The notes beneath the pieces were generated by a model. The model saw only the letters and a program-made list of their open reading frames with translations. It did not search any database and was not told the DNA's origin. Shown piece after piece: positions 31,401 to 43,553 of a stretch of DNA of 64,000 nucleotides (positions are counted from its first letter, which is position 1; the number at the start of each line of letters is the position of its first letter). The position numbers and the translations under genes were made by a program. Source of the DNA: Macrostomum lignano (taxonomy: Eukaryota); assembly GCA_002269645.1 (NCBI GenBank), contig NIVC01000294.1, forward strand, positions 1-64,000, in the 5' to 3' direction.

Positions 31401-34400
31401 GGCCAGCTGGTCATTAAGCAGAAGTGCTACAGGCTTAAGGCAGTCAGTCCGTATGTCAACCAATGCGTGCCATACTACCTAAAGAAAACAAAAAGCATAA
31501 GTAAGTGAAATTTTTCTTAAAAAATGCCTTGATAATTGCATAGCACAGTAGTGCAAAATTTAAACCTACTTTAATTTTCAGAGTGCTGCCGAAGAGTGAA
31601 GTACCAGAGAAATGCTTCCTGCAAAAAGTGCGTCAAGAAATTTCACCTGTGGGTGTACAAGAACATTAAATGCAAGTGCAAGCGAGTGAAGAAATTCTGG
31701 AAGAAGGTCCGTTGCTGCTGTCCCAAGAAGCGGTGCCGCACAACTTGCGAGATGAAAGGAAAGGCAAAAGTAACGCGATGCACTTGGTACAAACTCACGA
31801 ATGGCAGCTGTGTCAGGCACATTGATGTGAGGGTGAAGCCCGTTAAATGTCTAAAGAGGCAGGAATACTGGAGCAAGTGCCGAAAGCAGAAGGCCAACGG
31901 TAGATGGTTCCGTTGCTCTGTTCTGAAAAGTGTGATCAGAAGCGCAGTGAAGAACTGCAAGTGCCAACCCATCAGCACGAAGGTCCATCAGAGGTACTGT
32001 TGCTGTGGTCCCAAAACGGTCCGTAATAGTTGCAACGCCAAGACAGGTGTGACAACCAGGACAATTACAAAGAAAGTTCTTGTCGGCGAAGGATTCTGTA
32101 AGCCGGTTCCGAGAAAGAAGATCATTCCAGCGCCAACTTGCCATGGCACCTACAAGGGCGAAAATTATGGAAAGTGTGACCTCAAACGCAACCAACAAAA
32201 GTTTTTCGTCTGGACCGTGTATCGCCACGGTTGCAAGTGCAAGAAACGCAAAGCTATAAAAACTACGGCTTGCGGTTGCCGGCACAAGAAACCGCTTGGA
32301 CCGTTCTGGACAAAGTGTGTGAAGGGCGTGAGAAAAGTCTACTTCTACTACTTCGAGCGAGTGAAAATTGGTAGATGGCGCTACAAGTGTGTTAAAAAGA
32401 GAGTGAACCACAACGTAGTCGATCGGTAAGTTTTAGAAATTTTTAAAGAATTGAGTAATATGCCTTAGCAAAACGATGTTCTAAAGTTTGGGATCTTTTT
32501 TTTCTTAGGTGTAAACCCTGTGGTAAGCGAGACAAGACGAATCGCGTGTGCAAGGGCGCCTACTGGCTGAGAATCACGACTGGCTGGAGACGAAAGACCC
32601 GTAAAATCAAGATCCCGGGGCGATACCACGGCAGCATCAGGGTCAGCTACCGACTATGCGTTCGAACGAGAAAGAGCAAGCCCAGCAGATCAATCTCCTG
32701 TCCTGACCCGCCGGAGTACAAGGCCAAGTGCAACAACTTCCGAAAGCGCATCTACCGCTATTACAACTTGGTGCGTCAGTGCGCCTGCAGACTGAAGCGC
32801 AGCCTGGTCACCGTTCGTGCTTGTATGTGCCACAAAAAGAACTACTCAACTAAGCGTTGCAACACCCGGACAAACCAAATAGTCACGAGCAACTACATCT
32901 ACACTGCTAAGAAACGAGTATGCATCAAGAAGAGGCGAGATGTTTATAGTAAAGTTCCCTGCCGAGTTGGAAAAGTCGTTCGGGACAAAACAGTTATAGA
33001 CTGTAAAAATGGCCGCCGGAAGGGACTATCGAAGTACAAGAAGGTGCGCTACTACATTTTCTACTACTCGCACTGCAAATGCAAGAAGCGATTCTTCGCC
33101 AAGTGGAAGCTGTGCGGATGTGCCTCAAAGAAGGTAAGTGTTTTATTGTGCTACAATTATTCAATCGTAACCATGAGAGATTAGTGAAAATAATAAATCA
33201 AATTCTTAACACTCACTACACCCAGAAACGAGAAGTCTGCAGAAATGGCAAGTGGTACTCTACCTTGTACTCAGTGACTCCAATATTCGACCGAAACGCG
33301 TGTGAGGTTACCAAGCGATTCGTGAACCGCGATGTTTCCTGTTCGAGAAACGCTCGCAAGAAGCTCCTGTCTCCATGCAATGCGTCGTGCATTAGAAAAT
33401 ATGCCATTTACTATCGTCGTCTCGATCGGCGCACCTGCAGATGCAGAGTCGCGCGACCCATCATCGTCAGGCAGGTATGCGGTTGCAATAAATGCCCGAA
33501 GGTGGGAAGAAACAAGATTACCAAGCGAGTAAGCTGCGACGGTTCGGATGGCATCAAGATCTTTACCACGATCAAGAAGGTGTTCGTGCACAATGGTAAT
33601 CTTTTCAACCGATGGGACATTTCTGTTCCGAAATACACGTGCATCAGGGAGGTGAAACGTAAGAAGAACAAAATCGTGTGCACCAAGGGCTCCGTCATCA
33701 CAAAAGAAAAGTGCGTTGGCGCTATTCGAAAGTTGACCGTGAAGCGCCAGGTCAGAGTCGCTTGCAGATGCCGCGTCAAGTACAACACTGTGCCTGGTGG
33801 TAGATGTAGTAAGTGCCTTTATTGCAGATATTTACGCTTCAATTGTCATAAATTTTGTTTAAAAATATAAAACTTAAACCGAACATATTGTTTTGCTGAA
33901 TTACAGAATGCAAGGGAAAGGAGCCCAAACCACCAAAAGTGTGGAAGTCTGACAACTGCTCGAAGCCCCCATACATGAGACGAGTGACAATTTACAGCTA
34001 CAAATTGGACAAGTCTGATCCGAGAAAATGGAAATGCAAGGTTGTGTCCAAGGTTATCAAGCAGCGCTGCGGCTGCCCGAAAAAGGAGAAGAATTCAGCT
34101 TATTGCAACGGTAAAGGTAGCATCATTCACAAAAAGACATACAAAAAGTTCATCCCCAAGCTTCGATCTTGCGTTTGGAAGAACGTTCTCTCAAAGAAAG
34201 CAGCTTCTTGCTCGAAGGCTCAACTGGCTAAGAATGAACTTCCTCCCAGAAGAACTACTTGCAAAAAATCTACCAACTACATGGTCACTTATGTGAAGAA
34301 ATGGTACGAGGTCGACCCGCGGGACTGCAAGTGCAAGTTAAAGACGAAGCACTGGCGTTGCCCATGCCGTAAGTGTATAAAACGATAAATTTCAACTCAT

Positions 34401-37400
34401 ATGCATAGGTCCCTGATATTTCCTGACACTAATACTCGCACGAATACGACCTATGCTCTCTCTCTCTCTGTTATTACCTTAGTAACTATACTCTATTTGC
34501 AGGATGCGCCCACAAAAACAAGATCGTGAACAAACGCTGCATCAGAGGCCACATAATCACTTACACGGCTGTGAACTTCGTCAAGAAAGGCTGCAAGTGC
34601 CTCAAGACAACACGAGGAAGGAGGAAGTTTGTTACTTGCAAGCACAAGCGGGAAGACCAGCCCGACAGGATCGTTATTGGCCAGTGCCAGAGAAAGGGAC
34701 CGAATAGAAATGCCGGTTACGTGAGGGTCGTCTACGAGAAGGAATATCCTAGACGATGTAAGTGCAAGACAGATCGTCGAAAGCGTTGGGAGCCGTGCGA
34801 CTGTTCTTTGATTCCACAGTATAAGTCAAGAAGCAGACTGATTTGCCACAAGTCTGGTGCCTATTTCAACCGAGTGACAACCTACTATGTTGTGCAGCTG
34901 TCAAGCGAAGGCGGTTCATTCTGTGAGAAGCGTCGCAGATCCGTGATTGTTCGCATTAACAAGTGTTTCGACAGACGCGGACGCCCGCTCAGGCGAAAGG
35001 TGACCTCCGGTTTCGACAAGTGTAGCCGAAGGCGCACAAGATGTAACTATAAAAAGCTCATTCAACAATCGATCGTTAGGAAATGCGCTTGCAAATGGAA
35101 AACGATTGAGGTTATCGGTAAAAAATGCTGTTGTGACAAGCCAACTGTGCGGCGGTCGTGTCTGCGAAATGACACCAAGGTGAAGATCACAAAGTACTAC
35201 ATTCTTGATGGCTCCGGTAACTGCGTTAAGAAAACTAAGAAGCAGAAGTACAAGCTCACAAAAAAGAAGTCTTGCAAGTATTCTAGCGGTTACGTTGTTC
35301 GTTGCACAGGTCGAAGAAAGCAGGCTGTTTACAGAAAATACTACCAGCAAAGTTCCACTTCTCAAACTGTAAGTGCATCCCGTACTACAAAGACTTCCGC
35401 GTTCCTTGTCGATGCATCCCTAAGAGAATCGTTAAGAAGGTCCGCTGCGATGCTGAACGCAACAGGTGGGTTCATGAAGTGGTGGTGCGAACTCTTCGGG
35501 GCAGAAATGAAAGAAAGCGATGCGTGTCAAAGTCTCGATTTAGGTACACCAAAACATGTGTTAGAAAGCCACCACGAACTACGATGGGACGGTGCAATAA
35601 AGCCAAGGTTAGACTAAGAACTACACACTATGAAATCAAAAAGAAATGTCGCTGCGTGCGGAAGAAACGACTGGAAACAATTTCCTGTACATGTCAAAAG
35701 AAAACATGGTGGGTTTCGCTGCAGTCTCAGTGCAAGCGTCACAAGAACGGCTACAGTTATTACCCAAGAATTCTCAAGGGCTACAGGTACGTTGAGAAAA
35801 CGAATCGCTGTGTAACGACCACTCTAAAAACAGCGCACGTAATTTGCGGATGTCCAAAGCCGACTAAGCGGAAGCGATGCGTGAGAAATGCGTGGAAAAT
35901 TACTGAGATCAAGTACATAGTCGACAGGGCGGAAAATACTTGCAAAAAAGTTGTTCGTCACAAGAGAAAGCCGATGAAAGAGTGCAGCACTAAAAAGGTG
36001 CGAACGGAAGAGTCATCGTTTGTGGATGCAAAGACGGGCTACAAAACAATTGTTTACAATGTTGTCGTGAACCGAAGATGCAAATGCGTCAGGTATAAGG
36101 AAACTGAAAAAATCGAATGGCTGTGCGAAGTAATTATGAAATCCAAAATAGTCGAAAGTCAAAGGTGCTTCAAAGGTGTGATTCTGCAAAAGCAAGCCGG
36201 CGAGCCCTACTTCAACCAGGAGAATACTTGCACTGTCGACTACTCAATTATTAAAATCGACATTACAGGTTATTGTCCGAAGGCTGGCAAGGTGCGCCGA
36301 AAGGTGATTGGAGACTGTAGCTCTAAGACTGGTCGACAGAAGGTGCAGTATACTTCGTGGAAGCCAAATTTGAAGAAGTGCACCTGCGAAAGGACCGTTA
36401 AGATTGAACACGAAATTTGTGACTGCGAGCCAATCCATAACCGATACCAGAAGCGTGGCTGCCGCAATCATAACACCAAGTATGTCGATACATTCTTCTG
36501 GACCCTTGTCAACGGCGTTTGCGTGAAAGGACGACAGAGACAGGAGAAGGAGGTCTCATGCAAGGTTGGCCGCTTCAAAAAAGAGTCTCAATGCGATCCT
36601 CTGACCAGAAAGAAGCAGATTACTATAATCCAGCGCAAGCTCCGACACTGCTCCTGCAAGGAGAGAATCAAGAAGTACAAATGCATGTGCAAGTGCAAGA
36701 AAGGTGTACTATCGAAAACTTGCGATTCAAAGACAGGCTACACAATCGTTACAAAGATCCGATACGAGTTGAAGCAGTGCGCCTGCAAGAAGAGAACTAC
36801 CAGGCTCAGGCTGAAGCCTCCCCCGCCATGCGGCAAGAAGTCGATCAAAAAAGGCAACTGTCGCAGAAGCCGCTCAAGTGGCAGTGCCATCGCTGGCTAC
36901 CAGAAAATCACCGTTTGCAAAGCAAAGCGGCGAGGCTGCAGATGCCGGCTCTTGTGCCGCAGCAGAAAGCGCCTGTGCTGTGAGTTAAATATAGAATATC
37001 TACATATTACAGAAATTACTCCATAGTTTTTCTAATGTAAATTAATATCCACTTAAAAAATATATAAATTTTCAGATTGCTCGCCCGATGTTCGGGTGAA
37101 GAAAGTCTGCCTTGGACACACCAAAGTCCGCGTCAGCACGTTAAAGTATTCGAAAAACGCACGCCGAAACCGCTGCGAATGGAAGGAGGTGTCGAAGGTT
37201 ACCATCGACAAGGACTGCTACGGCATGGTTGACATTCCGGACACAAAGCAGTGCAACAAAAAGAACGGCGTTCTGATTATTAAGCACTGGCGCTACCAGC
37301 CCATCAACTGCAAGTGCAGGAAGAGAGTCTACAAAGTCACTAAGGGCAGATGCAGTAAGTACTTTTAATTTATTAATATTTCACTGCTTGATTCGAATTT

Positions 37401-40400
37401 TGATAGTAACTTTCAAATCGTATTCTCTTCTAACAGAGTGCAAAAATGTATGGCGCAAGGTGTCTGAGGGTCAGTGTGACACGACGGACTCTTGCACCAA
37501 GCCGGTGATTTACGAACGTGAAGTTCTGAACGGAATTCGCTGCCTCAAGAAGAGGAAGACAGAGTACGTTACATGCTCGTGCGAGTGCAAGGCGAGCATC
37601 GCAGCTACAAGAAAGTGCGAACGCTCTAGCGGAACCTGGGTAACATCGCAGGTGACATGGAAGCTGCGCTGCAGCCGATCGACCAACTCCTGCAAGTGCG
37701 AGCGGCACATATCAAAGAAGCGACAGAAGCCGAAATGCAACGCAAAGCAGCAGCTGCCGTACTGCAACAAGCGCACCAGACGAGTTGAAGTTCAATACCG
37801 CGAGGAACGCCTTAGCAGGTCAAAATGTAGGTGCTACTGGACCACTGTGAGGACCAAGCATGGTTTCTGCCACTGCCGAAAACCAGAAGTCAAGAGAAGA
37901 TGCGAGGCGGACAAGTACCGCATCAAGCTGACAACAATCACGGAGAGTCTGGACGAGAAACACTGGAGGTGCATCAGAAGTCGCAAATCTACTCACGTGC
38001 CTGTTGAACCGTCCTGCAAGCCGAGAAAATCAGTCAGAAACATTGCCTGCAATGCTCTGAAGGACAAGAAGGAGTGGAAGGTTGTGACAATTCGCAGGTT
38101 GCATCCAAATCTTGCAAGTGCATCCGCATCGTGCACAGGTTCCCCCAGGTTTGCATCTGCGACGAACTGCCGGAGAGGCAGCGCTACTCTGTAAAATGTC
38201 AGCGCAAGACTGGCAAAATTATCAAAATCCGTCGCAGTCGCGTGCTTCGTAAAAGCAAGAACGGCAAGAAGTCGTGCAACATCGTCATCAAGACCACTGT
38301 GAAGCCAGTCAGCTGTGGCGACGGTACCTGGCGCTACGTTGGCAGCCCTGCGTGCCAAATGCTTGCCAAGAAGGGATGCAACAGCTACAGAAAGTACAAG
38401 AGGATCGTGCGGAAGGGCTGTACCTGCAAAGCCGAGTTCAAGCGCAAGCCGTGCAAGTGCTGTAAGTGCTGAGTACTGCATTCTAAATTTCACATTCTTA
38501 CAGGATAAGTTAAAAAACAAACGCCAACGAGTTGAGTATGCTGAACTAAATGTTTTACATAATTTTAGGCTGCCCAAAGCCGAAAAAGACGCGCATCTGC
38601 AGTGCCGATGGTCGGCGATTCCTGTTCACCAAATACATATACGAGAGGCGTAGCTGCAAGTGCGTCAGAAGCACAAGACGCTGGTCTGTGCCAGTTGGTA
38701 TGTCTAGTTCCAGAACTACGCTCATACTATTAAAATACTCGTTGAACTTTGAGGCTCTAAAGGTCAAACAAAAAACACCTATTCACGCACGATTTGAATC
38801 CCTCAGAGTGCAGTCAATCTGTTCGAAGGCGGAAGAAATGCCTCAAGGATGGTAGAGAGAAGATTGTGAAAACTGTTTTCCGTCCAGTCAACTGCGCTTG
38901 CAAGAAGTTTAACAGAACCTCTTGGTGCCGCTGCAGTAAGTCTAACGGCTCGATTGATTAGTAAATATAGATTCTAAAAAATATATTAAAATACATTGAG
39001 TTTAAACTTGTTCGAAAATTATCCGTCTGAACTCGACAGGATGTCCAAAGCCAGTTAGAGAAAGCCGATGCGACTCAGAGAAGCGACAGAAGGTTATGAC
39101 TTTGGTGCAATTCCGGCTTAAGGGATGCAAGTGCCAGTTCAGACAAGACGTCACGCGACATACAATCCGTGAGTTTGCATGGTAGACTAAAGTTAAAGTA
39201 TTGCTATACTACTAGTAGTAGAAAATGATGAACAAATGTAGTGAATACAAACTCTATGATTTCGCTATACAAATTATCCAGGCTGCAAAAAGGGAGGCCG
39301 CAAGAAGTACCGCAAGGTTGGAAAATGCAACATGACTACCAGGATGCAGCTGTACGAGTACTATCAGTCCGAATTCGACGAGGTGAACTGCGTGTGCAAG
39401 AAGAAAAAGATGAGAATCTACAAGCCATGCAGTAAGATTTTTTGAAGCCCCCCCCCTCAATGAATGAAATTTTGTAGACTATTATGCTTGCACTATTCAA
39501 TATTTATTATTTCAGAATGCAAAGGAAGCTCTCGCAAGGTTATTCAACCATGCAACAAGGCCTGCCGAAAGATGGTCCAAGTTACACGGTACCGAATATC
39601 CAAGACGACGTGTCAGCGCAGATCGTACAAGTTCCAGCAGGTCTGCTGCTGCCTCGGCAAGCGGTACAGCATCAAGAGGTGCGATCCAAAGAAGGCAATG
39701 CAAATCACCATTAATAGGTGGGAGAAGATGGAGCAAGACGAGAACTTTGAGTCCGTGTGCAATTGGAAGGAGAAGGAACGACGAACACCAATAACCGGCT
39801 GCAACACCCGCAAGGTCACTTTCAAGGACACAAATGTGTTAAAAGCAAGTACACCCGATCATACTTCAAATATGTGATCCAAGGCAGAAAGAGCAAGAGG
39901 GGAACAGTTTGCAAGTGCGTGAAAACCAGAGTGCGTCAGGAAACCCGATACTGCAAGTGTCCCCGCAGCCGCATCAGCAAAAAGAAGTGCAGGAATAACA
40001 ACGTTCTTGTGTCTACAAAGACTATGTATATTTTGGAGGATGGTCAATGCCGCAGCTACACCAGCCATTCCGAGAAGGTTCTCAGATGTGCTAAATCCAT
40101 TAAGAGAAAGTTTAAATGGAGCAAGTGTGACAAACGTACATGCAAGCAGAAGAAGTATGGAACCCTGTGCTCGTTCAGAAATTGCAAGATTGACATTCGC
40201 GTCGACTATCGCAACCCCAAGGTGTACGATTGCTGCTGCCCGAGCTCGAAGGTCCAGATCAAGTTCCTGGAGTGTCAGGATAAGCAGAAACGCCGTGTCT
40301 ACAGAAAGTTCTGGCAGATTTTCTACCCCAAGAGAATGGTATGTAAGAACTTCGCGAAGAACATTTACAAGCCAGTTCGCTGCGGTGGCTGGAAGGCACG

Positions 40401-43400
40401 AAAAGTGTTCCCCGGAGCTTGCCGAATCCGACGCGCCGATAAGCACTATTATCAGAGACTACGCATTCAATACAATGAATACGAGGAGGGCTGCGCGTGC
40501 CGAGCTAAGACACTTAAACCCCTTCGACTGTGCAAGTGTCGTGGCAACCACAAAGTGAAGGTGCAGACGTGACGGCGTACTACAGCACAGGACCATGAGC
40601 TACCGGTTGGTCAAGACCAAGGGCAAGCGTCGCTGCAAAGCATTCATTGCTAAGCACTGGGATTACAAGCCTCCGTGTGTACCAGCAAGCAAGGCCAAGT
40701 GGAACAAGCGAGTGAGCAAGTGCAATGACGGTATCAAAGTTATCACTGACTATCGCAGAGTGCGGGTCGGATGCAAGTGCAAGAAGCAGGAAAAGGTTAC
40801 GACCGTCATCTGCGGCTGCTCCAAGACAGTCACGGAGAGAAAGCGCTGCAGGCGCGGTCGCTGGGAGATCACCAGGTATGGCAAGAAGCTGTCCTGCCGT
40901 AGCGAGCGCTTCTGCTCATGCGTACCGTACAAGTACACGTTGCGGAAGCTTCCTAACTGCCCGAAGGGCTCCGTCAAAAAGAGTCCTTGCGTACGAGGCT
41001 TCCAAAAAGTGGAAGCTCGCCTTTACGCCATCAAGAAATGCCAGTGCACGATGCGGGAGTTCAGCAGGCACAGGCGTTGCCCAGACAAATGCCCGGATCT
41101 TATTTCCACACGAACATGCGTTAAGCTGATGAAGGAGGGTCTTTGCGAGCATCCGCAGCGAAAGGGCACCGTTGGTCAAATCTGTGCTCGAACGTGCGGA
41201 AAGTGCTTTAAGTGCGAGTCACCCAACACCATCAAATATCGCATGTTTGTTGGATTCAGCCTGAAATCTAACGCTCTCTACTCGAAGCGCTTTTACATCA
41301 AGACGATCCGAAAAACGAAGGTCTCTCACTGCATGATGGCTTGCAAGAAGGATGAAGGTTGCAACTCGTTCGACTTCAACAGCCGTACTAAGACATGTGT
41401 GCTCAACTCCGTCTCAAAATTCACTTTCCGGTATAGAATTAGCACCTTCAAGGAGTCTGATCATAAGGTTAATGTCAACATCGTTCATTTCGTCAAGTAC
41501 TGCAAGCACAGTAAGTTTAAGTTTGTTTAAGCTTTAGTGTATAATTACTATCTGATATTTTTTAAATGTATTACGTAGAATGAATTGCACCGTATAATCA
41601 TTGACTTCAGAGTGCCGCTGTGGAGCCTTCACACCTGTGGGCAAATGCATTTGCGAGGGTAAAGGTGTTCTGAGACGCTGCTACAAGCAGTTTACTCTCC
41701 GTGAGTTCTACAACAAGCCTGATGGTCGCTGCGCCCAGCGAGCCAAGAGTCTTCGACTGAAGGCTGACTGCGGTAAGGATACAAGTTCTATTGCTTCAAT
41801 ATTGGAGCTAAAATAGTAATAAAAAGCATTTGTTTTTAAGCCTTTAAAATTTTGGAACTGAAATTCCAGAAAACCCGTGCGTCGACCAAATTGAGGCCAA
41901 TGTCTGCAGAAAAGAGAAACAAGCCGGCAAGTGCCTGAAGGATCGAGAGACTCGAATCCTCTGCAACAAGACTTGCTCGAGATGCGCGTGCAACAAGCAG
42001 TACACCGTGAAGGTTCCTTGCAAACGAGTCAAGGGAGCGAACAGGCGCAACTTCGAGCGAAAGTTCATGCAGGTCAGATACAAGAGGGCCAAGTGCGGCA
42101 TCTGCACCACTAGCTACAAAATCCGCCGCGAAAAATGCAAGCCGCCGGCCTGCTTCGAGCAGACTATCAAGGTGATTGGCGACTGCATCGGAGGCGAGAG
42201 ACTGGTCATTACCTACGCAATTGAGCTCACCGATATGGCTCAGTGCAAGCGAAAGAAAATCGATGAAGTGAAGTACGGCTGCAAGGGAGTGTGCAGCACC
42301 GTTTCTAAGCAGGTATCAAAGTGCCGCTATCACAAGAAGGATAAGAAATACTACAGAAATGTTATGTCCAGCTTCTGGGTGTCCAGCGGCACCAAGCCGA
42401 AAGAGCTGGCATTCACCAGAAAGTACCTGTGCGATCCCAGCGTGTGCCCCAAGGAGATGTCATTCAAGGGCCCGTGCCTGCTGGGCCACAGGTTCCGCTA
42501 CCGCGTCTACTACGTGTTGGACTACAGGGAGAGATGCACAAAATTTGTGAATGCTCATGGCGAAGAGTGCTCCAGAAAGAAGTCCAAGCGCTGCTTCAAC
42601 ATTCTGCCACGCAAGAAATGCGCCGAAGTTAAGAAGAAGGGCTACTGTTTGCGACATAATGGACCGTCTAGACTCTGCATGAAGACGTGCGGTCTGTGCA
42701 AGCCACACCAAGTTCGCGTTGGCAAGAATAAGAAGACGGTTTCAAAGAAGTCTAAACTTGATAAGAAAAAGCTGAAAGAAGCCTACGACATTATCAACGG
42801 AATATCATCTCGATACGGTGGCAGATACCTCCAGAAGGTAACCTGGGCCACGATCGCTCTCTCTGAGAGTGAAGAAGGCAAAGCTTACATCGAGAGGAGC
42901 TTCAAGATTAATAAGAACAAAATCAACCCACCAAACAAGTCAACATCACTGGAGGGGAAGATCCAGACCGCAGTGCATGAAATTGAAGAAAAGAGCGGTA
43001 AAGACGGCATCCAGAAAATTAAGAAGACAAAAACGACAAAAACAAAGAAGCACGAGAAAACTACCACCGACAAGAACAAAAAGGTGAAGAAGAGCAAAAA
43101 CAGTTCAAGCAGTGGCGGCTCCGAGGAGACAACAACAAAAACTATGACAACAAGGGGTAAAGGCGGATCTGGAAGCCAAACAGTTGTCGTTAATAAAGGT
43201 GGCGAAGAATCTGGCGGAGGTTCAGATTTAGAGGAACATATCATCACCACCACACATGAGGATGATGGTAGCGGCAAAGTCAAAGTGACGCGACACGTAA
43301 CCGTAACTAGGAATGGCAAGAAAACTTCGAGCACGTCAAGCAAAGTAATTAGTTCTAAAGATGCCCGATTAGCTTCTAAGGGCGGCAGCAGTAGCAGCTT

Positions 43401-43515
43401 CAGCAGCAGCGGCAGCAGCAGCAAAGAAAGCAGCAGCAGCAGCGGCAGCAGCAGCGAAGAAAGCAGCAGCAGCAGCGGCAGCAGCAGCAGCAGCGAAGAA
43501 AACAGCAGCAGCAGC

Positions 43516-43553
<38 letters not shown>

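Noticed and set aside
35345-40565. Programmed ribosomal frameshifting in the giant gene
   Set aside because: No X XXY YYZ slippery heptamers or obvious downstream structures, and the same homopolymer indels affect housekeeping genes in this window. Assembly error is more parsimonious.
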